Assembly: GCA_030648155.1 (NCBI GenBank)
Contig: JAUSIK010000008.1
Coordinates: 274,491-338,490, forward strand
Source of the DNA: Nanobdellota archaeon
Lineage (GTDB): Archaea > Nanobdellota > Nanobdellia > Pacearchaeales > GW2011-AR1
DNA length: 64,000 nucleotides
Direction: 5' to 3'
The translations under genes were made by a program, and so were the position numbers. Below, piece after piece: positions 19,192 to 27,693 of this stretch. Position 1 is the stretch's first letter. Each line of letters begins with the position of its first letter. Under the pieces are notes generated by a model. It had not been told where the DNA came from. It did no database searches and saw nothing but the letters and a program-made list of their open reading frames with translations.

Positions 19192-19692
19192 TCATTCCTT
19201 AATCGCATAACTTGTTGCCCCCCACTCTTCAAATCCTAAGAGCCTATCAATAATTCTTTCTTTTTCTTTCTTTTCGTCGCGCTCCAGATATTTGGATATA
19301 TGATACAATTCATGCCTCAATGCTTGCCTATTTCTATATTTTCCAAGTTCAATTTTTATTCCCTTCTCCAATGTCCCTTCAGCATTAGCGGTACACTCCT
19401 CTCTATCAACAAAATATAAATCTATTTTTATCTTTTCCAATCCCAACTTTTTTCTTTCTATATCTAAATCACTTCTAGCCTGTTCAATAGAAGTATACTT
19501 ATTATTAACATCAATAACTAATCTATTTCTTAATCCATTAATTATCATAGGAGCTTTTAATAATAAATAAATTGCAACAAATTTATAAAAAACATCTGAA
19601 ATTTTATCAATTTTACTTTTCTTCTCATTTATAGTAAAACCATACTTTCCTTCGATATTAGCAAAATACTTCAAATATTCTTCATAATTCAT
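19192..19692 (-). CDS. Membrane-anchored zincin-like metallopeptidase
   Basis: ALRHELYHI (HExxH) with downstream EEWGA; one hydrophobic segment. Confidence 0.6.
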   Translation of the reverse strand: MNYEEYLKYFANIEGKYGFTINEKKSKIDKISDVFYKFVAIYLLLKAPMIINGLRNRLVIDVNNKYTSIEQARSDLDIERKKLGLEKIKIDLYFVDREECTANAEGTLEKGIKIELGKYRNRQALRHELYHISKYLERDEKKEKERIIDRLLGFEEWGATSYAIKE

Positions 19693-19751
19693 ACACCAAC
19701 CAATAACAATCTCTTTATAATAATTTATCTCCTAATTCAAAACTAATAAAC

Positions 19752-20351
19752 CTATTTCTTCATCCCCAGCTTCTGCAAAACGCCTTTTTTTCCAGGCTTA
19801 TTAAGTCTCAATGCAAACCATACAACAAGTACCAATGCAACCAACAATAACGAAAATCTCCAGACACTGCTGAAGTTCCTCCAGTTAATTGCAGATCCCC
19901 AAAATATAGCCCATATTCCAGATCCAATTAAAGCACTTCCAACAGGTTCTGTACTCAAAACACCATATCCAACAATTAAAGTAATAACCCCAATAATAAT
20001 TGCTATAATAAATACAATTTTAGAATGCTCATCTATAGCCTTTTCCAAATCTCTATTGCAATAATCGCAGCTTTTCAAAGCAATCTGGCATCCATTTTCA
20101 TCATATTCATAAATAGGATTTCCGCGTTCGGCATAACATGCTCTTTCCGCTTCTTGTAATTCCCTTGAAAAGGAACAACTCTCCCCAGCAGGCAAAGGTT
20201 TACTAGGAAAATAAGCTGGCTCGAATCTTCCAGCAGGACAAAAATCATCATATTGGGGCATAGGATAAAAAGCCTCAATTCCCTGCCATAATACAAGTCC
20301 ATAAATAATAACTATTCCAATTCCAAGAACAATATTCTTAACATTAATCAT
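19752..20351 (-). CDS. Membrane protein with Cys-rich extracellular loop
   Basis: N-terminal TM, Cys-rich loop (C..C..C..C..CDYC), three C-terminal TM helices. Confidence 0.65.
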   Translation of the reverse strand: MINVKNIVLGIGIVIIYGLVLWQGIEAFYPMPQYDDFCPAGRFEPAYFPSKPLPAGESCSFSRELQEAERACYAERGNPIYEYDENGCQIALKSCDYCNRDLEKAIDEHSKIVFIIAIIIGVITLIVGYGVLSTEPVGSALIGSGIWAIFWGSAINWRNFSSVWRFSLLLVALVLVVWFALRLNKPGKKGVLQKLGMKK

Positions 20352-20393
20352 ATTCCATCTAATGAATTTTAGTATATAAACCCTTCTTTAACT

Positions 20394-20687
20394 TCAAACT
20401 ATTTCTTCTGTATCCTTGAGTAAACTATATTTTAAACTTCTAATTTTGTAAATAATAATACCGTCTATTTCTCTAGGAATATCAAAAGGTGGAATCACCT
20501 TATCATCCAAATATACTCTTACGCAATAATCATTTGAATTTGATCTCCCAGCATTAGAATCTGCCATTTTAATCCTGCAGCTGCTTATTCCTGTTACATA
20601 ATGCGTCTTTTTATTAATTTCACTTAGTAAATATTTTTCTGTTAATTTTTCCCTTATCTTTTCTGCTTCCAAAAAACTATTCGTCAT
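20394..20687 (-). CDS. Hypothetical protein
   Basis: 97-aa ORF with its own TATA (ATTTAAATA) about 25 nt upstream. Confidence 0.5.
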   Translation of the reverse strand: MTNSFLEAEKIREKLTEKYLLSEINKKTHYVTGISSCRIKMADSNAGRSNSNDYCVRVYLDDKVIPPFDIPREIDGIIIYKIRSLKYSLLKDTEEIV

Positions 20688-20717
20688 TCAATAAAAAACA
20701 TATTTAATTATTTAAAT

Positions 20718-21161
20718 TTAAGGATTAATCTTGACCGCTTCAACAAATTCATAACCCATAAGCTCTCTTTGTTTAAGTTCTTTTTCAGCTTTGGTCATGT
20801 CATATATTAGTAAAGTTTTCTTTCTATATCCTACTCTAGCTTTCTCCCCATCACCAAATTTCTCCCAAGTCTTTTTATGCTCATCATTAGGCCCTTCTAT
20901 GCTAAAGTCCGCAGGCTCCCCATCAAAAACAGTTTTATAAAAAGCATCTACACTTACCTCTTCAAATTCAAAACTTAAATTAAAATCAAAATCCAATTTT
21001 GGAAGTACTATAGTTTCATTATGAGCAGGAACATAAACCCTCTCTTTAACTATAGCATCTTCATATAGTATTTCAGACAGTTCAACCTCTCTGTCTTTAG
21101 GCGTACATGCCGCAGTTCCTATCAGCCCAAAAGCCAACAAATTTTTTAATGTCCTTCTCAT
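20718..21161 (-). CDS. Putative lipoprotein
   Basis: MRRTLKNLLAFGLIGTAAC lipobox-like signal. Confidence 0.55.
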   Translation of the reverse strand: MRRTLKNLLAFGLIGTAACTPKDREVELSEILYEDAIVKERVYVPAHNETIVLPKLDFDFNLSFEFEEVSVDAFYKTVFDGEPADFSIEGPNDEHKKTWEKFGDGEKARVGYRKKTLLIYDMTKAEKELKQRELMGYEFVEAVKINP

Positions 21162-21201
21162 AAAAAAGTATATTATATTCTATTTTTAAATCTTTTTATC
21201 T

Positions 21202-21708
21202 TCAATCACAATTCTCACTAAGAATATATAGATTCCATCTTCCCATAATACCGCGAATTCTATCAATATCATTTTTAAATATAATAAAATCATCCAAATC
21301 TTCAGGAATTTCATCAGTAGATAATTTCCTAACTAATTCAGAAGAACAATCCATTGGATACATTCCTTCCTTTAACACAGTATAAGTACGCTCACAATCA
21401 GCATTAAACAATTCATTTATTTGTTCTCTATATTTTAAAATTTCAGACAATCTCGCAATTCCACTTTGCCCGCATAAAGAATTAAACCAGTGATTACTAA
21501 TAACTTTCATCGACTCTAAAACATCATCTTTTGGCCTTAAAATAGTTCCAAACATATATTCATGACGACATGAATGTCCAGCCGTTTGATGAGTTATTGA
21601 AATCCATTCCCTCCCAGATTTAAATGAATATTCCCTATTAACAGCTAACACCAAAGCAGGAAGTTTTTCTTCAGAAATTTCAAAATATGTCTGACTTCTT
21701 TTATCCAT
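21202..21708 (-). CDS. Hypothetical protein
   Basis: 168-aa ORF with a HQTAGHSC motif and its own TATA. Confidence 0.55.
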   Translation of the reverse strand: MDKRSQTYFEISEEKLPALVLAVNREYSFKSGREWISITHQTAGHSCRHEYMFGTILRPKDDVLESMKVISNHWFNSLCGQSGIARLSEILKYREQINELFNADCERTYTVLKEGMYPMDCSSELVRKLSTDEIPEDLDDFIIFKNDIDRIRGIMGRWNLYILSENCD

Positions 21709-21807
21709 ACAATCTCAAATAATTTATACTTTATAAAAACTTAGATAATAAATAGTCACGATCAATCCCTCCAACACCTTTTTAAACTCTTCTCTTCTAA
21801 AAATTCA

Positions 21808-22218
21808 ATGGATAACTATGAAGAATTATTAAAAAAAGCATACCAAAAAGTAAAAGTAATAAGTAAAGGCTCCGAAAGATTTGAAATACCTAAAGTTCAA
21901 GGCCAAGTTGCAGGAAAAAATACTATAATTACAAATATCTCTCAAATAGCGTCATATTTAAGGCGCCCATTGGAGCAAATAACAAAATTTCTTCAGAAAG
22001 AATTAGCAGCGGCAGGCAAAATAGAAAATGATCGCCTTATTCTCAACACTAAATTAAATTCCCAAAAAGTTAATGAAAAAATAGAACTATATGCAAAAGA
22101 ATTTGTTATTTGTCCAGTTTGCACAAAACCAGACACAGAGATAATAGCTGAAAAAGGAATAAAATTCAAGCATTGTCTTGCCTGTGGTGCAAAATCACCA
22201 ATAAAATACGGAATTTAA
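21808..22218 (+). CDS. eif2b: Translation initiation factor 2 subunit beta (aIF2-beta)
   Basis: YEELLKKAY...RFEIP...GKNTII.N...FLQKELAAAG; CPVC..PDT..CLACGA zinc ribbon. Confidence 0.93.
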   Translation: MDNYEELLKKAYQKVKVISKGSERFEIPKVQGQVAGKNTIITNISQIASYLRRPLEQITKFLQKELAAAGKIENDRLILNTKLNSQKVNEKIELYAKEFVICPVCTKPDTEIIAEKGIKFKHCLACGAKSPIKYGI

Positions 22219-22219
22219 A

Positions 22220-22516
22220 ATGTACATAAAAATTCACAAATCTTATAGAAATGTAGTAGCTGTCTGTGATAGTGAAATTGTAGGAAAAACCTTCGAAGAA
22301 GGTAAAAGAATTCTTGACTGCAGAGAATCCTTCTATAAAGATAAAAAAGTTTCACATGAAGAGGCAGTAAAAATTCTTCAAAAAGAATCAGAAGAAGATG
22401 CCACATTTAATATCGTAGGGCAAAAATCAATTCAAGCCGCATTAGAAGCAGGTATAATCGAAAAAGAAGACATATCTACGATAAATAATATTCCTTTTAC
22501 TTTAATTCTTTTATAA
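22220..22516 (+). CDS. DUF424 family protein
   Basis: VVAVCDSEIVGKTFEEG...ESFY...ATFNIVGQKSI. Confidence 0.85.
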   Translation: MYIKIHKSYRNVVAVCDSEIVGKTFEEGKRILDCRESFYKDKKVSHEEAVKILQKESEEDATFNIVGQKSIQAALEAGIIEKEDISTINNIPFTLILL

Positions 22517-22648
22517 AAGGGAGATGTAAACTTAGCGACGCCTATTATGGCAAAAATCCAATCCAGGTTATAATACAGACTATAGCCCTTAATAAGAAAT
22601 TCTTTTAAGACCAAATAGTTTAAAAAACATCATTTCCCTTATTTTTCT

Positions 22649-23137
22649 ATGCAATCAATATTATTTGAAAACACAGCAGAAATTAGAAGAAATAAAGATC
22701 TTTTAGAAGAAAAACTAAATGTAAAAATATCCTTTCAAGGAAAGAGAGTTACTATTGAAGGTCCTTCTCTAGAAGAGTATGAAGCATCAATAGTTTTAGA
22801 TGCAATAAAAGCAGGATTTTCAGCAATTAAAGCTCTTTCATTAAAAGAAGATACAAAGATATTCAGAGTCATAAATATAAAGAGTATGACTAAAAAGAAA
22901 AACCTTGAGCTAGTAAGAGCCAGGCTAATTGGCACCCAAGGAAGAACTAAAAGAACAATAGAAGACATTACTGGGTGCGATATTGTAATAAAAGACAATG
23001 ATATAGGAATAATTGCAGATGCTGAATTAATTGAAGAAGTAGTAACTGCAATAAGTAATCTGGCAAGAGGAACAAAACAAGCTAATACTTATCGATACTT
23101 AGAAAAAATGAATACTGAAAAGAAAAAGTATGAATAA
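22649..23137 (+). CDS. KH-domain ribosome biogenesis protein (Dim2/Pno1-Krr1 family)
   Basis: AIKAGFS, RARLIGTQGRTKRTIEDITGCDIVI, LARGTKQANTYRYLE. Confidence 0.88.
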   Translation: MQSILFENTAEIRRNKDLLEEKLNVKISFQGKRVTIEGPSLEEYEASIVLDAIKAGFSAIKALSLKEDTKIFRVINIKSMTKKKNLELVRARLIGTQGRTKRTIEDITGCDIVIKDNDIGIIADAELIEEVVTAISNLARGTKQANTYRYLEKMNTEKKKYE

Positions 23138-23143
23138 GTTATA

Positions 23144-23232
23144 TCACAAAACCACGAAACCCGAGGGGTTTTGTGAGAACCGGGAGAAATCTAAATAACA
23201 AACTCCAGCTTAAAAACTGAAGATTTCTCACG
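23144..23232. other. Tandem stem-loop element between the KH gene and the tRNA promoter
   Basis: TCACAAAACC (23144-53)/GGTTTTGTGA (23167-76) 10 bp; GAGAAATCT (23184-92)/AGATTTCTC (23221-29) 9 bp. Confidence 0.5.
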
Positions 23233-23250
23233 AGTATTAAAATCAACAAT

Positions 23251-23262
23251 AACGTTTATAAA
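23251..23262 (+). promoter_or_regulatory. BRE/TATA promoter of tRNA-Asn
   Basis: AACG-TTTATAAA about 24-35 nt upstream of tRNA G1. Confidence 0.6.
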
Positions 23263-23285
23263 AGCCCATTATCTCCCATTCCTAG

Positions 23286-23580
23286 GATCTCGTAGCTCAG
23301 TCGGTAGAGCACATGGCTGTAGTACGTTGTTCGAATTAAATAATCGAGCTAAATAAAGTAGCAGCTTTCCAAGGAAACTTGGGAATGATAAGCGAGTAAA
23401 TTCAGGGAAACCCTACATTAAGTTGAGGGCAATCCTGAGCCAAGCCCGAAAGGGAAGGTGCAGAGACTAGACACTCGCCGCCTAAAGCTGAAAAGCTATG
23501 GTGATGGTATAGTCCTACCCTCCAAGTAATTGGAGAAGGTCGTAACCATGGGGTCGCTGGTTCGAGTCCAGCCGAGATCG
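23286..23580 (+). tRNA. tRNA-Asn(GUU), exons 23286-23320 and 23543-23580, interrupted by a group I intron; CCA not encoded
   Basis: Acceptor GATCTCG/CGAGATC, G73; D arm GCTC/GAGC; anticodon stem CATGG/CCATG with spliced loop CTGT|TAA; T arm GCTGG-TTCGAGT-CCAGC; 73 nt spliced. Confidence 0.93.
23321..23542 (+). ncRNA. Group I self-splicing intron (IC3-like, 222 nt) at tRNA position 35/36
   Basis: P AAATTCAGGGAAACC, Q GGCAATCCTGAGCCAAGC, R GAAGGTGCAGAGACTAG, S GGTATAGTCC; P3 GCGAGT/ACTCGC; P1 exon GGCTGT with IGS GCAGCT (U.G at splice site); GNRA-capped P2/P6a/P8/P9; terminal G. Confidence 0.92.
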
Positions 23581-23582
23581 TA

Positions 23583-24659
23583 TTATTTATAAGATACTAA
23601 AGAAGGAATTTTATCACCTTCTCTTCTCTCCATACTAATTTTCTCTAACTTGACAACATCTAACTTTCCGTCTAATAAAGCCAATCTCTCAGGAGTTGTA
23701 GTAAAAGGGATAAACTTCTTAAATTTTTCAAAGATTTTAAATTTAGTTATATGTTTTTCATTATGAAGTCCCCATTGATGATAAATCTTGAAAGCCTCAT
23801 TTTTACCAATATAAAATCTTGCATAATTTTCATAAATTCTAAAAATGTGTTTTATTTGATTTGCATCTAATATCTCGTGCATTTGTTTTGCAACCAATAA
23901 ACTATGAAGCTTTCCGCTAATACTTAAAGAAGAAGTTATATGGAAATCTGTATCTATAATTCCTACAACGCATCTCTTTTGAAAGGCATTATTCTTCAAA
24001 ATACTTGAAGGAATGATTATATCTTTTTTTGATCCATAAGGTAAACCTAAAATCTTATTCTTGAATTCTGCTAAAGCTTTGGATTTATAACGAGAATCTA
24101 TATTATTCTTATCTTTTCTTTCTAAAAGTAAAGGTCCAATATTATATAACTTTCTCATTAATTTTCCAATATATTCTTTATGATAAAGATATTCATTAGT
24201 TAAATCTCCACTAACTGTATATCTATAATTTCCCCATCCCCTTTTATCAATATGTGAATATAAGCTGCCATCTCCAATATGAATGCCTATCTCCTCCGCA
24301 AGATCTTCAGTCATCTTATCAGGAATTTTTAAATTTCTTTTTATATCTGCCCAAGAAGGTTTTATTTTTTCATCATAAATTATAGGCCTAATAAAAAGAT
24401 CTCTCAAATTCTTTGTAGATCCAAAATATTCTCTAACTGCAATATCGCTCGAATATCCTGCTATCCATACAGTAAGGTAACTATGTATGTTATTAAATAA
24501 TTCATATTGAATCCTGGCTGCAGCGATTAGTTTTTCTTTTGGATTTTCTATCCGACGTATTTTTTCCAAAATATTTTCATCGATTTTAAAGTATTTTCTA
24601 GGAATGTCTAACTTTTCTTTAATAGGAAGTTCACGCCATTTTTTAGGAATTATATTCAT
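23583..24659 (-). CDS. Free-standing double-motif LAGLIDADG endonuclease/maturase-like protein
   Basis: LAEEIGIHIGDGS (motif 1), CVVGIIDTDFHI (motif 2, conserved G replaced by F); no intein termini. Confidence 0.82.
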   Translation of the reverse strand: MNIIPKKWRELPIKEKLDIPRKYFKIDENILEKIRRIENPKEKLIAAARIQYELFNNIHSYLTVWIAGYSSDIAVREYFGSTKNLRDLFIRPIIYDEKIKPSWADIKRNLKIPDKMTEDLAEEIGIHIGDGSLYSHIDKRGWGNYRYTVSGDLTNEYLYHKEYIGKLMRKLYNIGPLLLERKDKNNIDSRYKSKALAEFKNKILGLPYGSKKDIIIPSSILKNNAFQKRCVVGIIDTDFHITSSLSISGKLHSLLVAKQMHEILDANQIKHIFRIYENYARFYIGKNEAFKIYHQWGLHNEKHITKFKIFEKFKKFIPFTTTPERLALLDGKLDVVKLEKISMERREGDKIPSLVSYK

Positions 24660-24715
24660 TTACCATACAACCTATCAATCTATATATAAATTTCCATATC
24701 CATCCTTAGACGTTT

Positions 24716-24925
24716 TCAAATAGCCCAAGCCAAAATACCAGCAACAATCAAAATTACAATCAACAATATAATGAAAAATCTCTTTTTCCTTTCCCTTTCC
24801 TTGCGGCTGTAATATTCATCATATCCTTTTTCTATGTCTTCTTTTTGCTCCTTGTTCAATTTGCTTTTTTCACCCTTTGAATAATTAAAGCTTATTGCTC
24901 CACCAGTATTAACTCTCTCTACCAT
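24716..24925 (-). CDS. Small tail-anchored membrane protein
   Basis: 69 aa; charged N-terminus, basic patch then C-terminal TM helix. Confidence 0.6.
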   Translation of the reverse strand: MVERVNTGGAISFNYSKGEKSKLNKEQKEDIEKGYDEYYSRKERERKKRFFIILLIVILIVAGILAWAI

Positions 24926-24975
24926 GTTTAAAATAGAATATAAAGGATTATAAATATTTCTCCCCTAAGCTATTA

Positions 24976-25242
24976 ATGCAAAGAAAAGTACGAATAAAGA
25001 AAGAAACCATCATTCCAACGTTTATAATTTTAATAATAATTCTAATTTTCTTCTTTCCAGTAAAAATGAATAACCTCTGTAAACCAAATTCTCCCTGCCC
25101 CATCTCAAATTCGGTTATAAAAATAACTGAATTAAAAAATTCTTTAATTATAGATATAAATTACATTTACTTATTAATTGAGATAATAATCTCCTATATT
25201 CTAGCTGTAATAGTAATCTATTTTTATAATAAAAATAAATAG
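24976..25242 (+). CDS. Small membrane protein
   Basis: 88 aa, two TM helices with a C..NSPC loop. Confidence 0.5.
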   Translation: MQRKVRIKKETIIPTFIILIIILIFFFPVKMNNLCKPNSPCPISNSVIKITELKNSLIIDINYIYLLIEIIISYILAVIVIYFYNKNK

Positions 25243-25251
25243 AAAATTAAT

Positions 25252-26058
25252 TTATACAGTTTCTTCTTTCTTCCAATCTAAATAACTCTTAATCAAAGAT
25301 TCAAAAAAACAAACCGATTCGTTCCAGACTTTGAGAACATATTTAGAATCTTTATATATAGCATCTAACTCATTTAAATTGTTATACAATTGCCTTATTT
25401 TTCTTAAAGGATCTAAATCTAGGTCAGGGAACATGTTCCCTAATTCTTCCAAAGCAGAAAATCTATTTGCTCTAACGCCTCCATCCATCAATGTAAGAAT
25501 CTGCTTTGAACCTCTGCTAATTGCATCTAGATTTTTATTAAATTTCTTCAAAAAGGCTGTATATTCAAAATCCTCATCATATAATGAATAAAGCAATCCG
25601 GCCCTGCATTTTCTAAGATTAAATCTTAAAGAAGTTTGATCAGATAGGTTTGGTAGTTGATATCTAAAACTTTCCCTATAATCTTTCCCTACAACAACTT
25701 TTCCTTCCTTATCAAAATAACTTTTAAAATTAGGTTCATAACTATTAAAAGTGCCTTCCTGCATTGTCTTCAAATCACTCACAGTCACCTGAAAAGGCAC
25801 GTTATTTTCTTTATTAGCTTCAGTATAAATTTCAGCAGATTTTCTTAAGATATCTTTATTTAATACGACCTCTCCAGGTAGGATTAACAATGCATCAATG
25901 TCGCTTCTTCCATAGATACAATCTCCCCTTATAAAAGAACCATATACCATAAAACTTATTTCTTCACTGCCTATCCCTCTTAATCCTTCTACAAATTTGA
26001 ACATGAAATCATGATAATTTTTTTCAGAAGGCCTCTTCATATCATACCCTAATACCAT
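25252..26058 (-). CDS. Pol-beta superfamily nucleotidyltransferase with helical C-terminal domain
   Basis: VYGSFIRGDCIYGRSDIDALLI. Confidence 0.75.
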   Translation of the reverse strand: MVLGYDMKRPSEKNYHDFMFKFVEGLRGIGSEEISFMVYGSFIRGDCIYGRSDIDALLILPGEVVLNKDILRKSAEIYTEANKENNVPFQVTVSDLKTMQEGTFNSYEPNFKSYFDKEGKVVVGKDYRESFRYQLPNLSDQTSLRFNLRKCRAGLLYSLYDEDFEYTAFLKKFNKNLDAISRGSKQILTLMDGGVRANRFSALEELGNMFPDLDLDPLRKIRQLYNNLNELDAIYKDSKYVLKVWNESVCFFESLIKSYLDWKKEETV

Positions 26059-26098
26059 TAAGAAAAAACAAAATCCTTACTTATAAACATTTATATCT

Positions 26099-26527
26099 TC
26101 AAGGTAAAATCCCCATAGACTTCAAAAATAAGTACAATAAAATTAACATGACAATAATCCAAATAATCCTAGGATCTATCTGCCCCTTTTTGCTCTTCCT
26201 ATCTAATAGCTTTTCTAGAACTTTAATTCTAACATCCATATTATTAAACAATTCCTTATAGTTTAAAGACCTTTTTATTTCTAGCATTTCCTTTTTATTA
26301 TTTTCTAAACCAAGGGAGATATTTCTATATGATTGATAAAAAAAATAAATAACTGATGAAATAATGCTAGCTATAGCAATTATACCAAATATTATAATAG
26401 ATTGAACTTTTATTTCTTCAGAGGCATTTAAAACAAATAAGATAAAGGGTACGAATAAGGATAATAAAGTAACTAAAGAAATAAATAAATTAAGATTCTT
26501 ATTATTTTGTGCATCCATCAATTCCAA
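26099..26527 (-). CDS. Membrane protein with coiled coil and C-terminal KKGQ-hydrophobic segment
   Basis: Two N-terminal TMs, coiled-coil linker, KSKKGQIDPRIIWIIVMLILLYLFLKSMGILP. Confidence 0.6.
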   Translation of the reverse strand: MELMDAQNNKNLNLFISLVTLLSLFVPFILFVLNASEEIKVQSIIIFGIIAIASIISSVIYFFYQSYRNISLGLENNKKEMLEIKRSLNYKELFNNMDVRIKVLEKLLDRKSKKGQIDPRIIWIIVMLILLYLFLKSMGILP

Positions 26528-26568
26528 ACATCCTCAACATTTTTAAACATTCTATCAGTCGATTAATC

Positions 26569-27663
26569 ATGAAAGCAAAGATTTCAAATGCAAACAAAAA
26601 AACAGTCCTTGTTGGCCTATCAGGAGGCGTAGATTCATCACTAGCTGTGCTTCTCCTAAAAAAGCAAGGCTATAATGTTATAGGGGCATTTATGAAAAAC
26701 TTTTCAGATATAAAAAATCCCTATACTGGTGAATGCAACTATTTAGAAGATAAAAAAATGGCTCAAAAAATGGCGGCTTTTCTGAATATCCAATTTATTT
26801 TTATAGATTCAGAAAAAGAATATAAGTCGCTAGTAATAGACCCTATGTATAATTCTTATGCAAAAGGCCTAACGCCTAATCCTGATATCTTATGCAATAA
26901 AATGATAAAGTTTCCTATTCTCTGGAAAACAGCTAAAAAAATAAAAGCAGATTATATAGCAACAGGCCACTATGCCAGAATTAAAAAAACTCCAAGTGGT
27001 TATCAACTCCTTCAAGGAAAGGATAAAACAAAAGATCAATCTTATTTTCTTTCAGAACTCTCTGAAAACGACCTTTCCCACACACTATTTCCAGTAGGAA
27101 ATCTGACCAAATCTCAAGTTAGAAAATTAGCTAAAAAATACAATTTCCCAAACTGGGATAAAAAAGGCACGTCAGGAATTTGTTTTGTAGGCAAAGTAGA
27201 TATGAAAAGTTTTTTAAGTAAGAAAATAAGCTACAAAAATGGAAAAGTTCATTCTCCAGAAGGAAAAATTTTAGGCGTTCATCAAGGAATACAGTATTAT
27301 ACAATAGGACAAAGGGCAGGTCCAAGAATAGGAATTAATCTTAACAAAAATGCAGAAAATAAAAAACTTTACGTAGCAAAAAAAATTGGAAGCAATTTAA
27401 TCCTAACTCCAGAAAATCATCCTCTCTTAAAGAAGCAATTAATAAAAATAAATAAAATTCATTTTATAAATAAATTCTCTAAAATTCCCTCAAATCTTAA
27501 AGGAAGAATCCGCCATCTGGGAAAACTGCACAAAGGCAAATTAATAAAAAAATCAAACTCTTATTATTTCAAGTTCGCTAGTCCAATCAGTTCGGTAGCA
27601 GAGGGCCAGTATCTAGTTATCTACAACAATAATCACCTGGTAGCTTCAGGAGAAATGAGATAG
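26569..27663 (+). CDS. mnmA: tRNA 2-thiouridylase MnmA (bacterial type); ORF track extends to 26509
   Basis: GLSGGVDSS PP-loop, TPNPDILCN, ATGHYAR, KDQSYF, SGICFVG, YTIGQR. Confidence 0.93.
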   Translation: MKAKISNANKKTVLVGLSGGVDSSLAVLLLKKQGYNVIGAFMKNFSDIKNPYTGECNYLEDKKMAQKMAAFLNIQFIFIDSEKEYKSLVIDPMYNSYAKGLTPNPDILCNKMIKFPILWKTAKKIKADYIATGHYARIKKTPSGYQLLQGKDKTKDQSYFLSELSENDLSHTLFPVGNLTKSQVRKLAKKYNFPNWDKKGTSGICFVGKVDMKSFLSKKISYKNGKVHSPEGKILGVHQGIQYYTIGQRAGPRIGINLNKNAENKKLYVAKKIGSNLILTPENHPLLKKQLIKINKIHFINKFSKIPSNLKGRIRHLGKLHKGKLIKKSNSYYFKFASPISSVAEGQYLVIYNNNHLVASGEMR

Positions 27664-27693
27664 TTTTATTAATAATTAAAATCTAAAGATAAC

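Noticed and set aside
23286-23580. Reading the interrupted tRNA as tRNA-Tyr(GUA) with a BHB intron
   Set aside because: CTGTA is followed by a group I core. P1 puts the U.G splice site after U35 and the terminal G precedes TAAC, giving GUU with G73 (Asn). No BHB helix forms.
26509-26568. Extended N-termini from the ORF track (mnmA 26509, also 51032, 61205, 37863)
   Set aside because: They overlap divergent genes or promoters; downstream Met codons about 25 nt after TATA boxes or at the domain start fit better.
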